From contig CM000153.2 of assembly GCA_000004695.1 (NCBI GenBank), positions 4,896,001 through 4,960,000 of the forward strand: a DNA stretch of 64,000 bases, written 5' to 3'. Source of the stretch: Dictyostelium discoideum. Its lineage: Eukaryota. Made by a program: the position numbers and the translations under genes. Below, piece by piece: positions 13,097-24,444 of this stretch (positions are counted from its first letter, which is position 1; the number at the start of each line of letters is the position of its first letter). The notes under the pieces are model-generated. The model was not told the origin of the DNA. It ran no database searches and worked only from the letters and a program-made list of their open reading frames with translations.

Positions 13097-14016
13097 ATGT
13101 ACTACAACCAGCAACAGCAACAACTACAACAACCACAACAACACCAACAATTATTACATATTGAAAGATCATCACCAGTATTTTCATCAGCATCATCTAA
13201 TCATTCAACTACAAGTGGTGGTGGATTTAATAATAATAATAATGGCAATAATAACTATTATAACAATAATGGAGCAAGTAGTAGTAGTATACAACAAAGT
13301 GAAACATCAATAGATACACATTTATTTGTATCACCACCACCAACTACATTAGTATGTCCATTACATAATGGTATTTTCAATCAACCATTCATAGCAAAAT
13401 GTGGACATACCTTTTGTTTTAGTTGTATATTTAAACCACATGCAAATTCAACCTCACCAAATCAATCACCTATAAACTCAAGTAATAGTACAAGTACAAA
13501 TGAATTATTAAAATGTTTAAATAATATATCAATATCTCATCAATCAGGTAATAATAATAATAATAATAATAATAGTAATAATAATAGTAATAGTAATATA
13601 GCGAATAATCAAAATAATACACAGCAACAGCAACAACAACCACAACAAAATATATTTAATAATAATACAAATATAATGATATGTCCAATTGATAAAATGT
13701 CATTAAGAGAATATGAATTCTTTCCAAATTTAGCATTATCAAGTCAAATTAATGATTTATTAATCTATTGTAGGTGGGGTATAAAAAAGAGTTCAATCAA
13801 TGGTGAATTAGTACAGGATGATCAAGGTTGTCAACAAAAGATAAAATTAGGTTTAAGAATTGATCATGAAAATGTTTGTGAACATGCAATTATACCATGT
13901 CCATATAATAGATCATGTCAACCTTTAAAAAGGTTTCAATTAAAACAACATACATTGTTTGTATCTCAAAATTAATTAGTTACCATTATTATAGTTTATT
14001 AAAATTTTTTTTACTA

Positions 14017-14101
<85 letters not shown>

Positions 14102-15357
14102 TATTATTTTTATTTTTATGATAAAAAAATAGAATATGTAATCATATACATTGTAATCATAGATCAGCAGGATGTACATTTGAAGGTACAAAACAACAAT
14201 TAGAGGATCATTTACAAGGTTGTGTTTATGAAAGTATTAAAGATTATATACAGAGGAATGAAGAACAAATCAATACATTAAGATTACATTTAGAGGAGAA
14301 GACAACAGAGAATGATTTCTTGAAAAAGAGTATAGTACAATTGACAGCAGGTTTCAATCAGTTGGCAATGAAATTAGAAGCGAAAACCAATAAATTCGAG
14401 GGTACAATGAGACATATTCAAGCGAGTTTAGAGGCAACACAACATCAACTATCAGAGACAGTTTATGATTTAAATATAATTAAAAAGAATTCCAATTTGG
14501 AGAGTGTGGATATAGTGGATTTGAAAATACCACAATTGAAATGTAAAGGTACGTTCGTGGGTCATAATGGCCCCATTTGGTGCATGACTGTCACAAATGG
14601 TATGTTAATTAGTGGTAGTTCCGATATGAAGGTAAAGATATGGGATTTGGTGACCTTGAAATGTAAGCAAGTCCTATCGGGCCATGAGGGTATAGTCCAT
14701 ACGTTGGCTGTCATTGGCAATAGGTTGTTCTCGGGCTCCTCTGATCAAACCATTCGAGTTTGGGATTTGGAGACCTTTGAATGTCTATCAGTACTCAGGG
14801 ATGATAATACAGTGTGCGCTTTGGTTATTGCTGCTGGTTACCTTTTCTCAGGCTCATTTCAGCATATCAAAGTTTGGGATTTGGAAACATTTGAATGTGT
14901 TCAAACTTTAAAGGGTAATAGTCATTGGGTGCGTGCTCTGACCGTTAGTGGTGGTTATTTGTATAGTGGTGCTTATAATGTTGTCAGGGTTTGGGATTTG
15001 GCAAATTTCGAGTGTGTTCAAACAATTCCTGGTGGTAGTGGTAGTATATATTCTTTGGCCGTTTCAAATCGTAGATTATTGGCTGGAACTTATGAAAATA
15101 CTATTGTGGTTTGGAATTTAGATACTTTTGAAATCATTAACAAGTTGGAAGGTCACATTGGAGCTGTCTATACTTTGGCTGTTTCTGATAAAAAGTTTTA
15201 TAGTGGTTCTTATGATTCAACCATTAAAGTTTGGAATGATTCTTTAGTTTGTGTTCAAACTTTAAATAGGCATACATCTTCAGTTGAATCAATAGTTGTT
15301 AGTAGTGGTTGTGTTTTTTCTGGTTCTGCTGATAATTCTATAAAAGTTTGGAAATAA
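13097..15357 (+). CDS. TRAF7-like protein with RING finger, TRAF-type zinc fingers, coiled coil and 7 WD40 repeats. Exons 13097..13956 and 14133..15357; intron 13957..14132.
   Basis: CPLHNGIFNQPFIAKCGHTFCFSCIF is a RING finger. CEHAIIPCPYNRSCQPLKRFQLKQHTL-ICNHIHCNHRSAGCTFEGTKQQLEDHLQGC gives TRAF-type zinc fingers once the (TTA)n-containing intron is removed. The donor is a non-canonical GTTTGT, chosen because it restores the H-x3-C spacing. Downstream, GHNGPIWCMTV...KVWDL units repeat about 7 times, which is the WD40 pattern. Confidence 0.8.
14026..14106. repeat. (TTA)n microsatellite inside the TRAF7-like gene's intron.
   Basis: ttattattatta... for about 80 nt between the GTTTGT donor and the ATAG acceptor. 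Confidence 0.9.
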
Positions 15358-15627
15358 AAAAAAAAAAAATAAAAAAAAAAAATAAAAAAAATTAAAAAAT
15401 TAAAAACCATAATATTAATATTATAAAATATCTTTTTTTTTTATTTTTTTTTTTACTTTTGAAATATAAAAATGATTAAACCACAAAATTTGTTATGGGC
15501 AATTATTAAAATTCCTAAAAAAAAAAAATCTAAAAATAAATGTTTTTGTGGGAAAAAAAAAAAAAATTAGGGTTGTGGGAAATAAGGGCAAGTTCATGAA
15601 TTTTTTTTTTTTTTGGGGGGGTAGAAG

Positions 15628-15696
<69 letters not shown>

Positions 15697-15743
15697 CTCA
15701 CTATAACATTTTAATACCACAAAACTAAATAAAAATAATAATA

Positions 15744-17372
15744 ATGATTGATATCGATAATTCAAATTTATTTTTTAAAATTTTTAGAAATAAATTTTTA
15801 AGAAATCAAATTTTTAAACATTTAAGAAAATTTAATATTTGTCCAAGACTAGTAAAATATAATAGTATTAAACGATTTAAAGAGTGTAAATTTAAAGGTT
15901 ATTTATCAAATGTTTATTACAATTTCAAAGGATTTGAATATTTACCAAATTCAGTTAAATTTTTAAAATTGGGTGATAATTTTTGGACATCAAATTTATT
16001 TATTTTGGAATTAAATAAATTGAAAAATTTTTTACCACAATCATTAACACATTTGGAACTTTCAAATTCATTTTCAAGATATTCAAAATTGAATGGACGT
16101 TCATTCATACCAGAATCAGTTACAAAATTAAATATTGGTGATGGTTTCAATAGAATTATAAGATCTGATGATATACCATTAACTTTAAAATCATTAAAAA
16201 TTGGTAAAACATTTAAAAATTCATTAAATTTAATTGATTGTAAAAATTTAGAAAATTTAGAATTTGTCGAAGAATCACATTTTAATAATATTTTTAATAA
16301 TGATTCGAATAATTTACCACAAAATTTAAAATATTTAAAATTTGGTAATTTATATACAATGGAAATAAAAAATGTTGAATTAAATTTACCAAAAACATTA
16401 ACATATTTATCATTTGGAAGTGGATTTAATTCACCAATTAATTTACAATCATTAATAAATTTAAAAAGTTTAACATTTGAATCAAATTATAAATGTAAAT
16501 TTAGTGTTGGATCATTACCATCAAGTTTAACATACCTTTCAATTAATGGATATGAAAAAGATTTTGAAATTGGTGTATTACCATCAAATTTACAAACTTT
16601 AATTATTAAAAGTTATACTATAACAACTAAACAAAAATTTGAAATTGGTGTATTACCATCATCAATTACAAATTTCACTTTTAATAATCACTATAATACA
16701 TTACATCCATTCCAAAGTGGCGTATTACCATCATCATTGACAAGTTTAGATTTATCTTATTATGAACATCCAATTGATAATTTAATTCTACCATCATCTT
16801 TAACATATTTAGAATTACCAAATAAAGAAGAAAGTAATAAAAGTTGCATTTTGTTAAAACTATTTTCAAATTTAATAAATTTAAAAAGTTTAGTTTGGAA
16901 TTGTAAAGATAAAATACCTCCAAATATATTACCCAAATCATTGTCACAATTTAAAATTATAAATATTAAATATTATCATAAATTTGAATTGGATACTTTC
17001 CCAAGTTCACTTTTATCTCTTTTAATTAATTCACATAATTGCCATGGTTTTGAAGATGGCATTTTACCACAATCATTAAAAAAACTTGAATTAGTTAGTC
17101 ACCTATTTAAAACTCAATTTCAATTAAATTCAATTCCCAAAAATTTAGAAATATTATCACTTTCATATACATCATACCATTATGGATTTAAGAAAAATGA
17201 ACTCCCTACAACTTTAAAACATCTGTCTTTGCCTGAATATTATTCACATTTTATTGATTGTGATTTACCAAATTTGGAATCATTATATATTGGAAAGCGT
17301 TCAGTTGATACTAAATTAAGAAATATAGCTTCAGAAATTGAAGATATTAGTTTTATAAATTTATTTGAATAA
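15744..17372 (+). CDS. FNIP-repeat-containing protein, a Dictyostelium-expanded family.
   Basis: ATG at 15744. The frame is a single 542-codon ORF. A unit of about 22 aa recurs more than 15 times: LP.SLT.L.FG..FN..I..G.LP.SL..L. Confidence 0.8.
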   Translation: MIDIDNSNLFFKIFRNKFLRNQIFKHLRKFNICPRLVKYNSIKRFKECKFKGYLSNVYYNFKGFEYLPNSVKFLKLGDNFWTSNLFILELNKLKNFLPQSLTHLELSNSFSRYSKLNGRSFIPESVTKLNIGDGFNRIIRSDDIPLTLKSLKIGKTFKNSLNLIDCKNLENLEFVEESHFNNIFNNDSNNLPQNLKYLKFGNLYTMEIKNVELNLPKTLTYLSFGSGFNSPINLQSLINLKSLTFESNYKCKFSVGSLPSSLTYLSINGYEKDFEIGVLPSNLQTLIIKSYTITTKQKFEIGVLPSSITNFTFNNHYNTLHPFQSGVLPSSLTSLDLSYYEHPIDNLILPSSLTYLELPNKEESNKSCILLKLFSNLINLKSLVWNCKDKIPPNILPKSLSQFKIINIKYYHKFELDTFPSSLLSLLINSHNCHGFEDGILPQSLKKLELVSHLFKTQFQLNSIPKNLEILSLSYTSYHYGFKKNELPTTLKHLSLPEYYSHFIDCDLPNLESLYIGKRSVDTKLRNIASEIEDISFINLFE

Positions 17373-17801
17373 AATTAAATAAATAAATAAAAATAAATAA
17401 ATAAATAAATAAATATATAAAAATCTTTACAATTAATTAACTAATTATTTTTTTATTTTTTTATTTTTTTTATTAAATTAATTTTTTTTATACTTTAAAA
17501 TTTAAAAGTGGGGAGTTTTCATTAAACATTGGAAAACCATTATTTATATTATTATAATTACTATTTTTACAACTACCACTACTATTATTTTCATAATATT
17601 CTATACATATTGTCTTTGATGTATAATAGTTTTTATAATAAAATTTAATTGATCTTTTTTCAAACTTTTCATTTAATTCTTTTAAAAATAAATTAAATTT
17701 TAGTTTCCTCTATTTTTTTTTTTTTTTTTTTATTTGTAATTGTTAGTATTAATTTTTAATTTTTATTAATATGTAAAGTTTTTTTTTTTTTTTTTTTTTT
17801 T

Positions 17802-18188
17802 TTAAATTCTAATGGTTACATTTTTAAATTTAAAAATAATTATTAAAATAAATATAATATCAAATATAACAAGTGGTGTTAAAAATCCAATTATTAATGT
17901 TAAAGGTGGATCAATAATTTTAAATGCTATTGATGTAATAACTGTTAAAATTGTACAAACTAATGTTGGAATATAAATTTGAAATGGTAATGGTTGTTTT
18001 AAAATTGTACATTCTTCACTAATATCATTATATTCAGTACGATGGATTAAACAATTATTTAATTCACCATTTGTAGGATAATAATCAAACCTTTTGAATT
18101 TCCCATATTTATTTGTTATTATTTTAAATCCATATAATATAGGTGGTAAAATCTTTTTATTATTAATTTCATCATTTATTACTACCAT
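17802..18188 (-). CDS. Hypothetical small membrane protein.
   Basis: ATG-initiated 128-aa ORF with 2-3 hydrophobic helices at the C-terminus. I recognise no motif. Confidence 0.35.
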   Translation of the reverse strand: MVVINDEINNKKILPPILYGFKIITNKYGKFKRFDYYPTNGELNNCLIHRTEYNDISEECTILKQPLPFQIYIPTLVCTILTVITSIAFKIIDPPLTLIIGFLTPLVIFDIIFILIIIFKFKNVTIRI

Positions 18189-18218
18189 TATTTTTTTATT
18201 TTTTTATTTTAATTAAAA

Positions 18219-18249
<31 letters not shown>

Positions 18250-18541
18250 AACAACCAAAAATAAATTTTTTGTTTTTATTAAATTGAAAAAAAATCAAAA
18301 ATCAAAAATATCTAAAAATGATGATGACATAATGAATTTGGAACAAATCAAAAGCTTCCATTTTTAATTTTTTTTTTTTTTTTTTTTTTTTTCAAATTTT
18401 TTTTTTTTTTTTTTTTAATTTTTTTTACAACTACACATATTTATTTTATTTCATTTGCATTTACTTCATCCTACACTTTGTTTTTTTTTTTTTATTTAAT
18501 ATTAATATTTAAATTAAATATAAAAAAAATGAAGGGGATTT

Positions 18542-18578
<37 letters not shown>

Positions 18579-18734
18579 CAAAAAAAAAAACTATAAATAA
18601 CAATGAAAAAAAAAAAATAATATAATTCATTCATTAAGCTTTTCTTTTTATTAAATTATTTATTTAAAGTTATAATTACTATTAATTTATATATATTTAT
18701 AATATTTACAAACACAATTTTCAAAAATATAATT

Positions 18735-19994
18735 ATGAATATTATTAAAATCATTTTTTCATTATCTTTATTAATGATGATGATTTCATCAAGTATTGGT
18801 CAAGGTCAAGGTCAATATTTAAGAATGGATGTATTTGGTGATGACCAATGTAGTAGAGAAACTGTTTATAGTACCAAATGGACTAAATTAAATTTTTGTA
18901 ATGGTCAATTTGTTTATAGATATGTTCCAAATTTAGGTGATGGTAGTAGTACAACAACCACTGGTAATCCATTAACAACTGCAGGTACATTAAGCTCTGT
19001 CGATATCACTTCAATTGTTACTCAAGCTGTTACTCTTGGTATGAGTGGTGCTGGTGGTTTAACCAATTCTGGTCTTTTATCAATTGGTGCTTTAAATGTT
19101 GATAATTTAGTTGACGCAGCTGCTTCACAAAGTGATAATCAAAATAGTGGTACCACTTCACAATCACCATTACCAACATCCGATCCTATCTCATCAGCCA
19201 CTACCACCACTACCATTACCAATAATCCAACAACTACTTCATCATCAATTTTAACCAATTCCGGTTTATTAACAATTGGTGGTACTACTGTTTCAGCAGT
19301 TACTGATTTCGTTACCAGTCTTATTTCATCATCATTAACAAATATTGTTACTACTGGTAATGGTGGTGCCACTACATCAGTTCAAGGTGCTATGGGTAAT
19401 GTTGTTCTATATTATTGTCTTAGTGCTTCAGGTTGTCTTACTCAATGTGTTAGTTTACAAAGTTCACCAGTTGGAATTTGTACAAAGAATAAATTAGATA
19501 ATGTTGTTTACTCTGTTGTTAATGGTACTGATATGATCGTAAAGATTGATAATACCACTAATCCAGGTCCAAACAATGGTTATTGTCAATCCTTTACTTC
19601 TCCATCCGCTTGTGTAACTGATAATAATGAATTAACTCAATATATGAATAATCAATGTGGTAAAGGTATTAAAATCAATTGTACAAGTTCAGTTTACAAT
19701 TCATATAGCTGTGTTGATTCAAGTTGTTTACAATGTTCAAAAATCAGTTCATATCCATTAAATCAATGTAATTTAATAAATTCAACCAGTGGTGTAATGT
19801 TTAAATCATTATTAAAAACTCCAATCACTGAAGAACCAACTCCACTTCCATATTCGTCTTCCTCATCAACTAATGATACTGATTCATCTCAACAATCAAG
19901 TAATTCAAATAATTCATTTTATAATAATAATAATAATAATAATATGATTACAATTATCATCTTCTCCATTTTTTTCATTATTTCAATGATTTAA
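18735..19994 (+). CDS. Secreted or cell-surface Ser/Thr-rich, Cys-rich glycoprotein-like protein.
   Basis: N-terminal signal peptide MNIIKIIFSLSLLMMMISSSIGQ. Ser/Thr/Gly-rich middle. About 16 Cys in the C-terminal third. Hydrophobic C-terminal tail IIIFSIFFIISMI, consistent with a GPI anchor signal. Confidence 0.55.
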   Translation: MNIIKIIFSLSLLMMMISSSIGQGQGQYLRMDVFGDDQCSRETVYSTKWTKLNFCNGQFVYRYVPNLGDGSSTTTTGNPLTTAGTLSSVDITSIVTQAVTLGMSGAGGLTNSGLLSIGALNVDNLVDAAASQSDNQNSGTTSQSPLPTSDPISSATTTTTITNNPTTTSSSILTNSGLLTIGGTTVSAVTDFVTSLISSSLTNIVTTGNGGATTSVQGAMGNVVLYYCLSASGCLTQCVSLQSSPVGICTKNKLDNVVYSVVNGTDMIVKIDNTTNPGPNNGYCQSFTSPSACVTDNNELTQYMNNQCGKGIKINCTSSVYNSYSCVDSSCLQCSKISSYPLNQCNLINSTSGVMFKSLLKTPITEEPTPLPYSSSSSTNDTDSSQQSSNSNNSFYNNNNNNNMITIIIFSIFFIISMI

Positions 19995-20137
19995 ATTAAT
20001 ATATAAATTAATAATTATTACTATTGTTTTTCAAAAAAACAAAGAATAATTAAAAATATAAAAAAATATAAAAATATAAAAATAAAAATAACATATATAT
20101 AAAAAGAAAATGTGTTTTAATTTATTTTTATTTTTTT

Positions 20138-21744
20138 TTATCTTTTTATTAAATTAATTTTAAAAGGAAATGGTGATAATGTTGTTCCGCCTTCTCTAAT
20201 TTCTTCTTCAATTAATTTATTTGAAGAGAATTTAATTGATTTAAATAATATTAAATTTACAATCCATATTGACATTAATGCAAATTGAAAACCTAAACAA
20301 TTTCTAGGACCCATTCCAAATGTAATTAATTTCTTTTCTAATTGATTATTATTTAAAAATCTATCTGGATTAAATTGGAATGGGTTTTCCCAATCTTTGT
20401 CATTTAAATGACAAGAATAAACATTTTGAATAATTTGAGAACCACTTGGTATGAAATAACCATTTAATATAATATCTTTATTTGTTCTATGAGGTTGTGA
20501 TAATGGGGAAACTGTGAATCTTCTTTCAACTTCTTTTAAAACTGAATTATAATATGGTGTTTTACTTTTATTTGAAAATGTAATTTTATTATTTTCATTT
20601 AATATATAAAAATTTAAAATTTCATTAAATACTTTATTTTGAATATTTTCTCTATTTGTTAATGCAATAATTAAATGAATTGTAAAAAGTGACTAAAATT
20701 AAATTTAATTAAATATATTAAAAAAGTTAGTAAAAAAACCAATAATAATATATAATTTAAAAATAATTAAAAATTACATTTGTATCAGATCCAGCAATCA
20801 TTAAATCAGTTGTTGTTTTTATAACTTCATTCCAAGTTAATAGATTTGATTTAAATTTTAATAATAATAAATCAACAAAACATTCATTTATATTATTATT
20901 ATTATTATTATTATTTTTATTTAAAATTTCTAAACGTTTTTGAACTTGGTTTTCTATATATTCATATATATTTTCAAATATTTTTTGATGAATTTTTGTA
21001 GTTTTATTTATATAAAATTTATTTAAAATTGGAATATAATCTTGTGGAATTGGATGTGACCCCATTCTAAATATAGAATGTATATAATCAACAAGTTGAA
21101 TGACTTTTTCATCTTTATAATCATTATATCTAAAATTAAATAAAAATGATATAATTATATTTAAAAAACAAATTTTAATATTTAATGTTGGGTCTATTGA
21201 TTCATTTGATTTTATATGTTCATTGAAACTATCAATTAATTTATTTGTTTCATTGATTATCATTGGTTCATATTTTTTAATTTTTATATTTGGTGATAAT
21301 TCTTGAATTGAAATTGATTGTAATTTTTTCCATATTAATCCATTTGAATTTACAATATTTTCTGCTATAATTCAAAACAATTTTTAAATTAATAAAAAAA
21401 ATAAAATAAAATAAAATATATTGATACTTACAAGATTTAAATTTTTTAGTAATTTTATTATATCTTTCAATAAAAACTTCACCATTTTCAATGAATGCTT
21501 CTTTTAAAATATCAAATTCAGATAATACAACAGTATTTACAATACCATATTGTAATTGATAAATTTTACCATATTTTTTATAATAATTAAATAAAATATT
21601 TTGTGGTTGATTATTTAATAAAGAAATTAAATTCCCAATTACTGGCAAAGTAATTGGAGAAGGTGGTCTTTTCTTTTTAGGATTTAAATTTAAATTTAAA
21701 AAAGAAAAATAAAATAAAAAAACAACTATTACAATTATTATCAT
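20138..21744 (-). CDS. Cytochrome P450 monooxygenase. Three exons, 21744..21432, 21364..20778 and 20692..20138; introns 21431..21365 and 20777..20693.
   Basis: N-terminal membrane anchor plus PPSPITLPVIGNL (proline hinge). I-helix AGSDTN lies at the exon 2/3 junction. EVERR, FNPDRFL (PERF) and the heme loop FGMGPRNCLGFQFA are present. Donors are GTAAGT and GTAATT; acceptors follow T-rich tracts. Confidence 0.9.
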
Positions 21745-22277
21745 TTTTTTTATTATTTTTTTTTTTTAATTTTTATTTTTATTTTTATTTTTATTTATTG
21801 TTTCTTAACAAATTCAAACTTTGTTTTTTTTAATATTTATTCAATTATTAATGAAGAGAAATAAAAAATTAAATAAATAAAAAAAATAATAAAAGATAAT
21901 CCCCAAAAAAAAAAAATTCTTTTCAAAAAAAAAAAAAAAATAAAAAAAAATGGCTGGTGTTTTTGTGTGTTTTTGTGTGTTTTTTTTCTTTTTTAAATAA
22001 TCAAAAAAAATTTTAAATTATTTAATTATTATTATTTTGTGGTTAATTTTTTTAAATTTTTTTTTTTTTCCTTAACACTATTTTTTAATTAATAAAAAAT
22101 AAAAAAAAAAACTTTTTTAAATTTTTTATTACTGTTCTAATTATTACTCATATAGTTTTATTGAATCTTTATTTGAAGATTATTCATAAAAAGTAACAAA
22201 TAAATAATAAAAAAAAATTACAAATAAGATAAAAAATATAATTTCAAATTAATTAAAATAATAAGTTAATTAAAAAA
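21745..22277. promoter_or_regulatory. Divergent intergenic region, presumably a shared promoter, between the P450 (minus) and the IucA/IucC gene (plus).
   Basis: 533-bp AT-rich spacer between two divergently oriented start codons. It contains a GT-rich element, tggctggtgtttttgtgtgtttttgtgtg, at ~21951-21980. Confidence 0.3.
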
Positions 22278-24365
22278 ATGGAATTTACAAACTATAAATA
22301 TTTTAACCAAGTTTTTGAATATATCACAAAAAACTATCAAAATAAAACAAATGATTTTTTAAAAAATTTAAAAAATTCAGAAAATGAAACATTTAATAAA
22401 TTACTAGTTTCAATAATTAGGGAAAAACTATTACCATTTATTAATGATGAAATAAATTTAAAAGAAAATCAAACAAATAATTTTAAATTTAATTGTGGTG
22501 ATAATAGTATTAAAGAAATTAGTTTTGAAATTGAAAAAGTTTTTGGATTTTCATTTTTTACATTTAAAAAACCAATATATTATAATTATTACACTGAAAG
22601 AAATCAAACAATTTTAAATTCAACATTAGAATTAATTGAAATTTTAAAACAGAATCCATCATTTAATGATATTGAAGTATTTAAAAGTGAAATTGTAAAT
22701 AGTATTACCAATATGGCATTAATTACAACACTATGTTCTGATGATTTAAATAAAATCAAAAAATTATCAATTGAAAATAATTGGAATTATTTATCAGATT
22801 ATGTCGATGCCCAATTTAAAAAAGATAAAACATTTGATAAATTTTTATTTTATGATCAAATTCATCTTAGTGGTCATCATATTCATCCAAGTTTTAAATT
22901 AAGGTTAGGTTTAAATCATAAACAAGTAATTCAATACTCTTATGAATTAAAAAAAGAAATACCAATTAGATTCATTGGTTTAAATAAATCAGTGGCAAGA
23001 TTTGATATGATCAATGATGGTGATGGTAATGGTGATGGTAATGGTGATGATAATCCAACAAGTTATTTTTTTAAATTATTTCCAAATTTAAAAGAATTAA
23101 TAATAAATTACTTTAAAGTAAATCAAGGATTAAATATTGATAATTATATTATTTATCCAATGTTTCCATATCAAATAACTGATACATTTCCAATACAATT
23201 TAAAAATGAAATTGAAAATAAAGAATTAATAATTATACCAGAGGAATTATATTCAATTAAATCATTTCAAACTTCATCATTAAGGAATTTAATACCAGTA
23301 ATTGAAAATAATAATAACCCACCACATATTAAATTTTCAGTACCAATTCAAACTACAAATTTCGTTAGATTTATGCCAAATGATTTTATACCAGTTGGTA
23401 CATCAGTTTCAAAAATTTTAAAAAGAATTAAAGAAATTGAATTTGAAAATTTTAATAATAAAATTGTATTTTTAAATGAAATTGGTGGAATTTATCATAA
23501 AAATGATACAGAATTAAAATATCAAAATTTTGCAATAATATGGAAAGAAAATACAAATTTATTTTTAAAATCAAATGATGATCATCCAATTAGTTCTTGT
23601 TCATTATTTAATCAATCACCAATTTGTGAATCTTCAAAATTACAAACAATTTTGGGTGAAATTATTAAAAAATATAATGAATTTAATATAAGTAGTAGTA
23701 GTAGTAGTACTATTATTTCCAATGATGATATTGATCATGATGGTTTTAAAAATTCAATTTTAAATTGGTTTAAATTATATTGTAAATTATTAATTGAACC
23801 AAGTTTAATTTTATTAACAAAGTATGGTATTTCATTAGAATCTCATTTACAAAATTCAGTTTATGTTTATGTTAAAGGTGAACCAAAATTATTAATTTTA
23901 AAAGATTGGTCTGGTATTGTAATTAAAATGGATAGAATTTTAAAACATAAGCAATTAATTGGTGAAAACTTAATAAACTCAATTCCAAAGTTAATTCAAT
24001 TATCAGATTTAGAATTTTATAAAATGTTTTCACATTCAATTTTACATAATCATATTTGTCAAATTATAATTGGAATTTGTAAAGAATTTCCAAATCATAT
24101 TACAGAGACTCAATTATGGTTTGAATGTTATCAAATAATGAAAAATACTTTTAATTTAATTAATAATCAAGATATTAGTAGTAATGGTAGTGGTGGTAGT
24201 GATAGTGGTAGTGGTGGTACTTTTAAGAATGATATTGAAAATGATGAAAATGAATTATTTAAAAAAGAATTAAAAGTTAAAGCACTTACTGGAATGAGAT
24301 TATTAACAAAAAATCAAATTTTATTACCATTTAATGTTAAAAATCCTTTAAATCAATTTATTTAA
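22278..24365 (+). CDS. IucA/IucC-family NRPS-independent siderophore (NIS) synthetase-like protein. Intronless.
   Basis: Single 695-codon ORF from ATG. LSGHHIHPSFKLRLG matches the GHP-HP-K-R-G motif of the IucA/IucC N-terminal domain. ESHLQNSVYVYVKGEPKLLILKDWSG matches the E-H-QN...(R/K)D catalytic region of NIS synthetases. The call rests on these motifs alone. Confidence 0.7.
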   Translation: MEFTNYKYFNQVFEYITKNYQNKTNDFLKNLKNSENETFNKLLVSIIREKLLPFINDEINLKENQTNNFKFNCGDNSIKEISFEIEKVFGFSFFTFKKPIYYNYYTERNQTILNSTLELIEILKQNPSFNDIEVFKSEIVNSITNMALITTLCSDDLNKIKKLSIENNWNYLSDYVDAQFKKDKTFDKFLFYDQIHLSGHHIHPSFKLRLGLNHKQVIQYSYELKKEIPIRFIGLNKSVARFDMINDGDGNGDGNGDDNPTSYFFKLFPNLKELIINYFKVNQGLNIDNYIIYPMFPYQITDTFPIQFKNEIENKELIIIPEELYSIKSFQTSSLRNLIPVIENNNNPPHIKFSVPIQTTNFVRFMPNDFIPVGTSVSKILKRIKEIEFENFNNKIVFLNEIGGIYHKNDTELKYQNFAIIWKENTNLFLKSNDDHPISSCSLFNQSPICESSKLQTILGEIIKKYNEFNISSSSSSTIISNDDIDHDGFKNSILNWFKLYCKLLIEPSLILLTKYGISLESHLQNSVYVYVKGEPKLLILKDWSGIVIKMDRILKHKQLIGENLINSIPKLIQLSDLEFYKMFSHSILHNHICQIIIGICKEFPNHITETQLWFECYQIMKNTFNLINNQDISSNGSGGSDSGSGGTFKNDIENDENELFKKELKVKALTGMRLLTKNQILLPFNVKNPLNQFI

Positions 24366-24444
24366 AAAATAATAATAATAATAATTTTAAAATATAATAA
24401 AGTCTATTTTTTTTTTTTTAAACTTTTTTTTTTTTTTTTTTTTT

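Noticed and set aside
15493-15765. ORF translating as poly-Lys and poly-Phe. The same applies to 27121..27403, 33026..33220, 56048..56885 and 5644..5850.
   Set aside because: These are translations of A/T homopolymer runs in intergenic spacers.
17480-17740. Minus-strand open frame of about 85 codons without an ATG (RKLKFNLFLKELNEKFEKRS…), downstream of the 17802..18188 ORF
   Set aside because: No start and no splice donor or acceptor pair links it to a neighbouring gene. It is AT-rich, so it could be chance.
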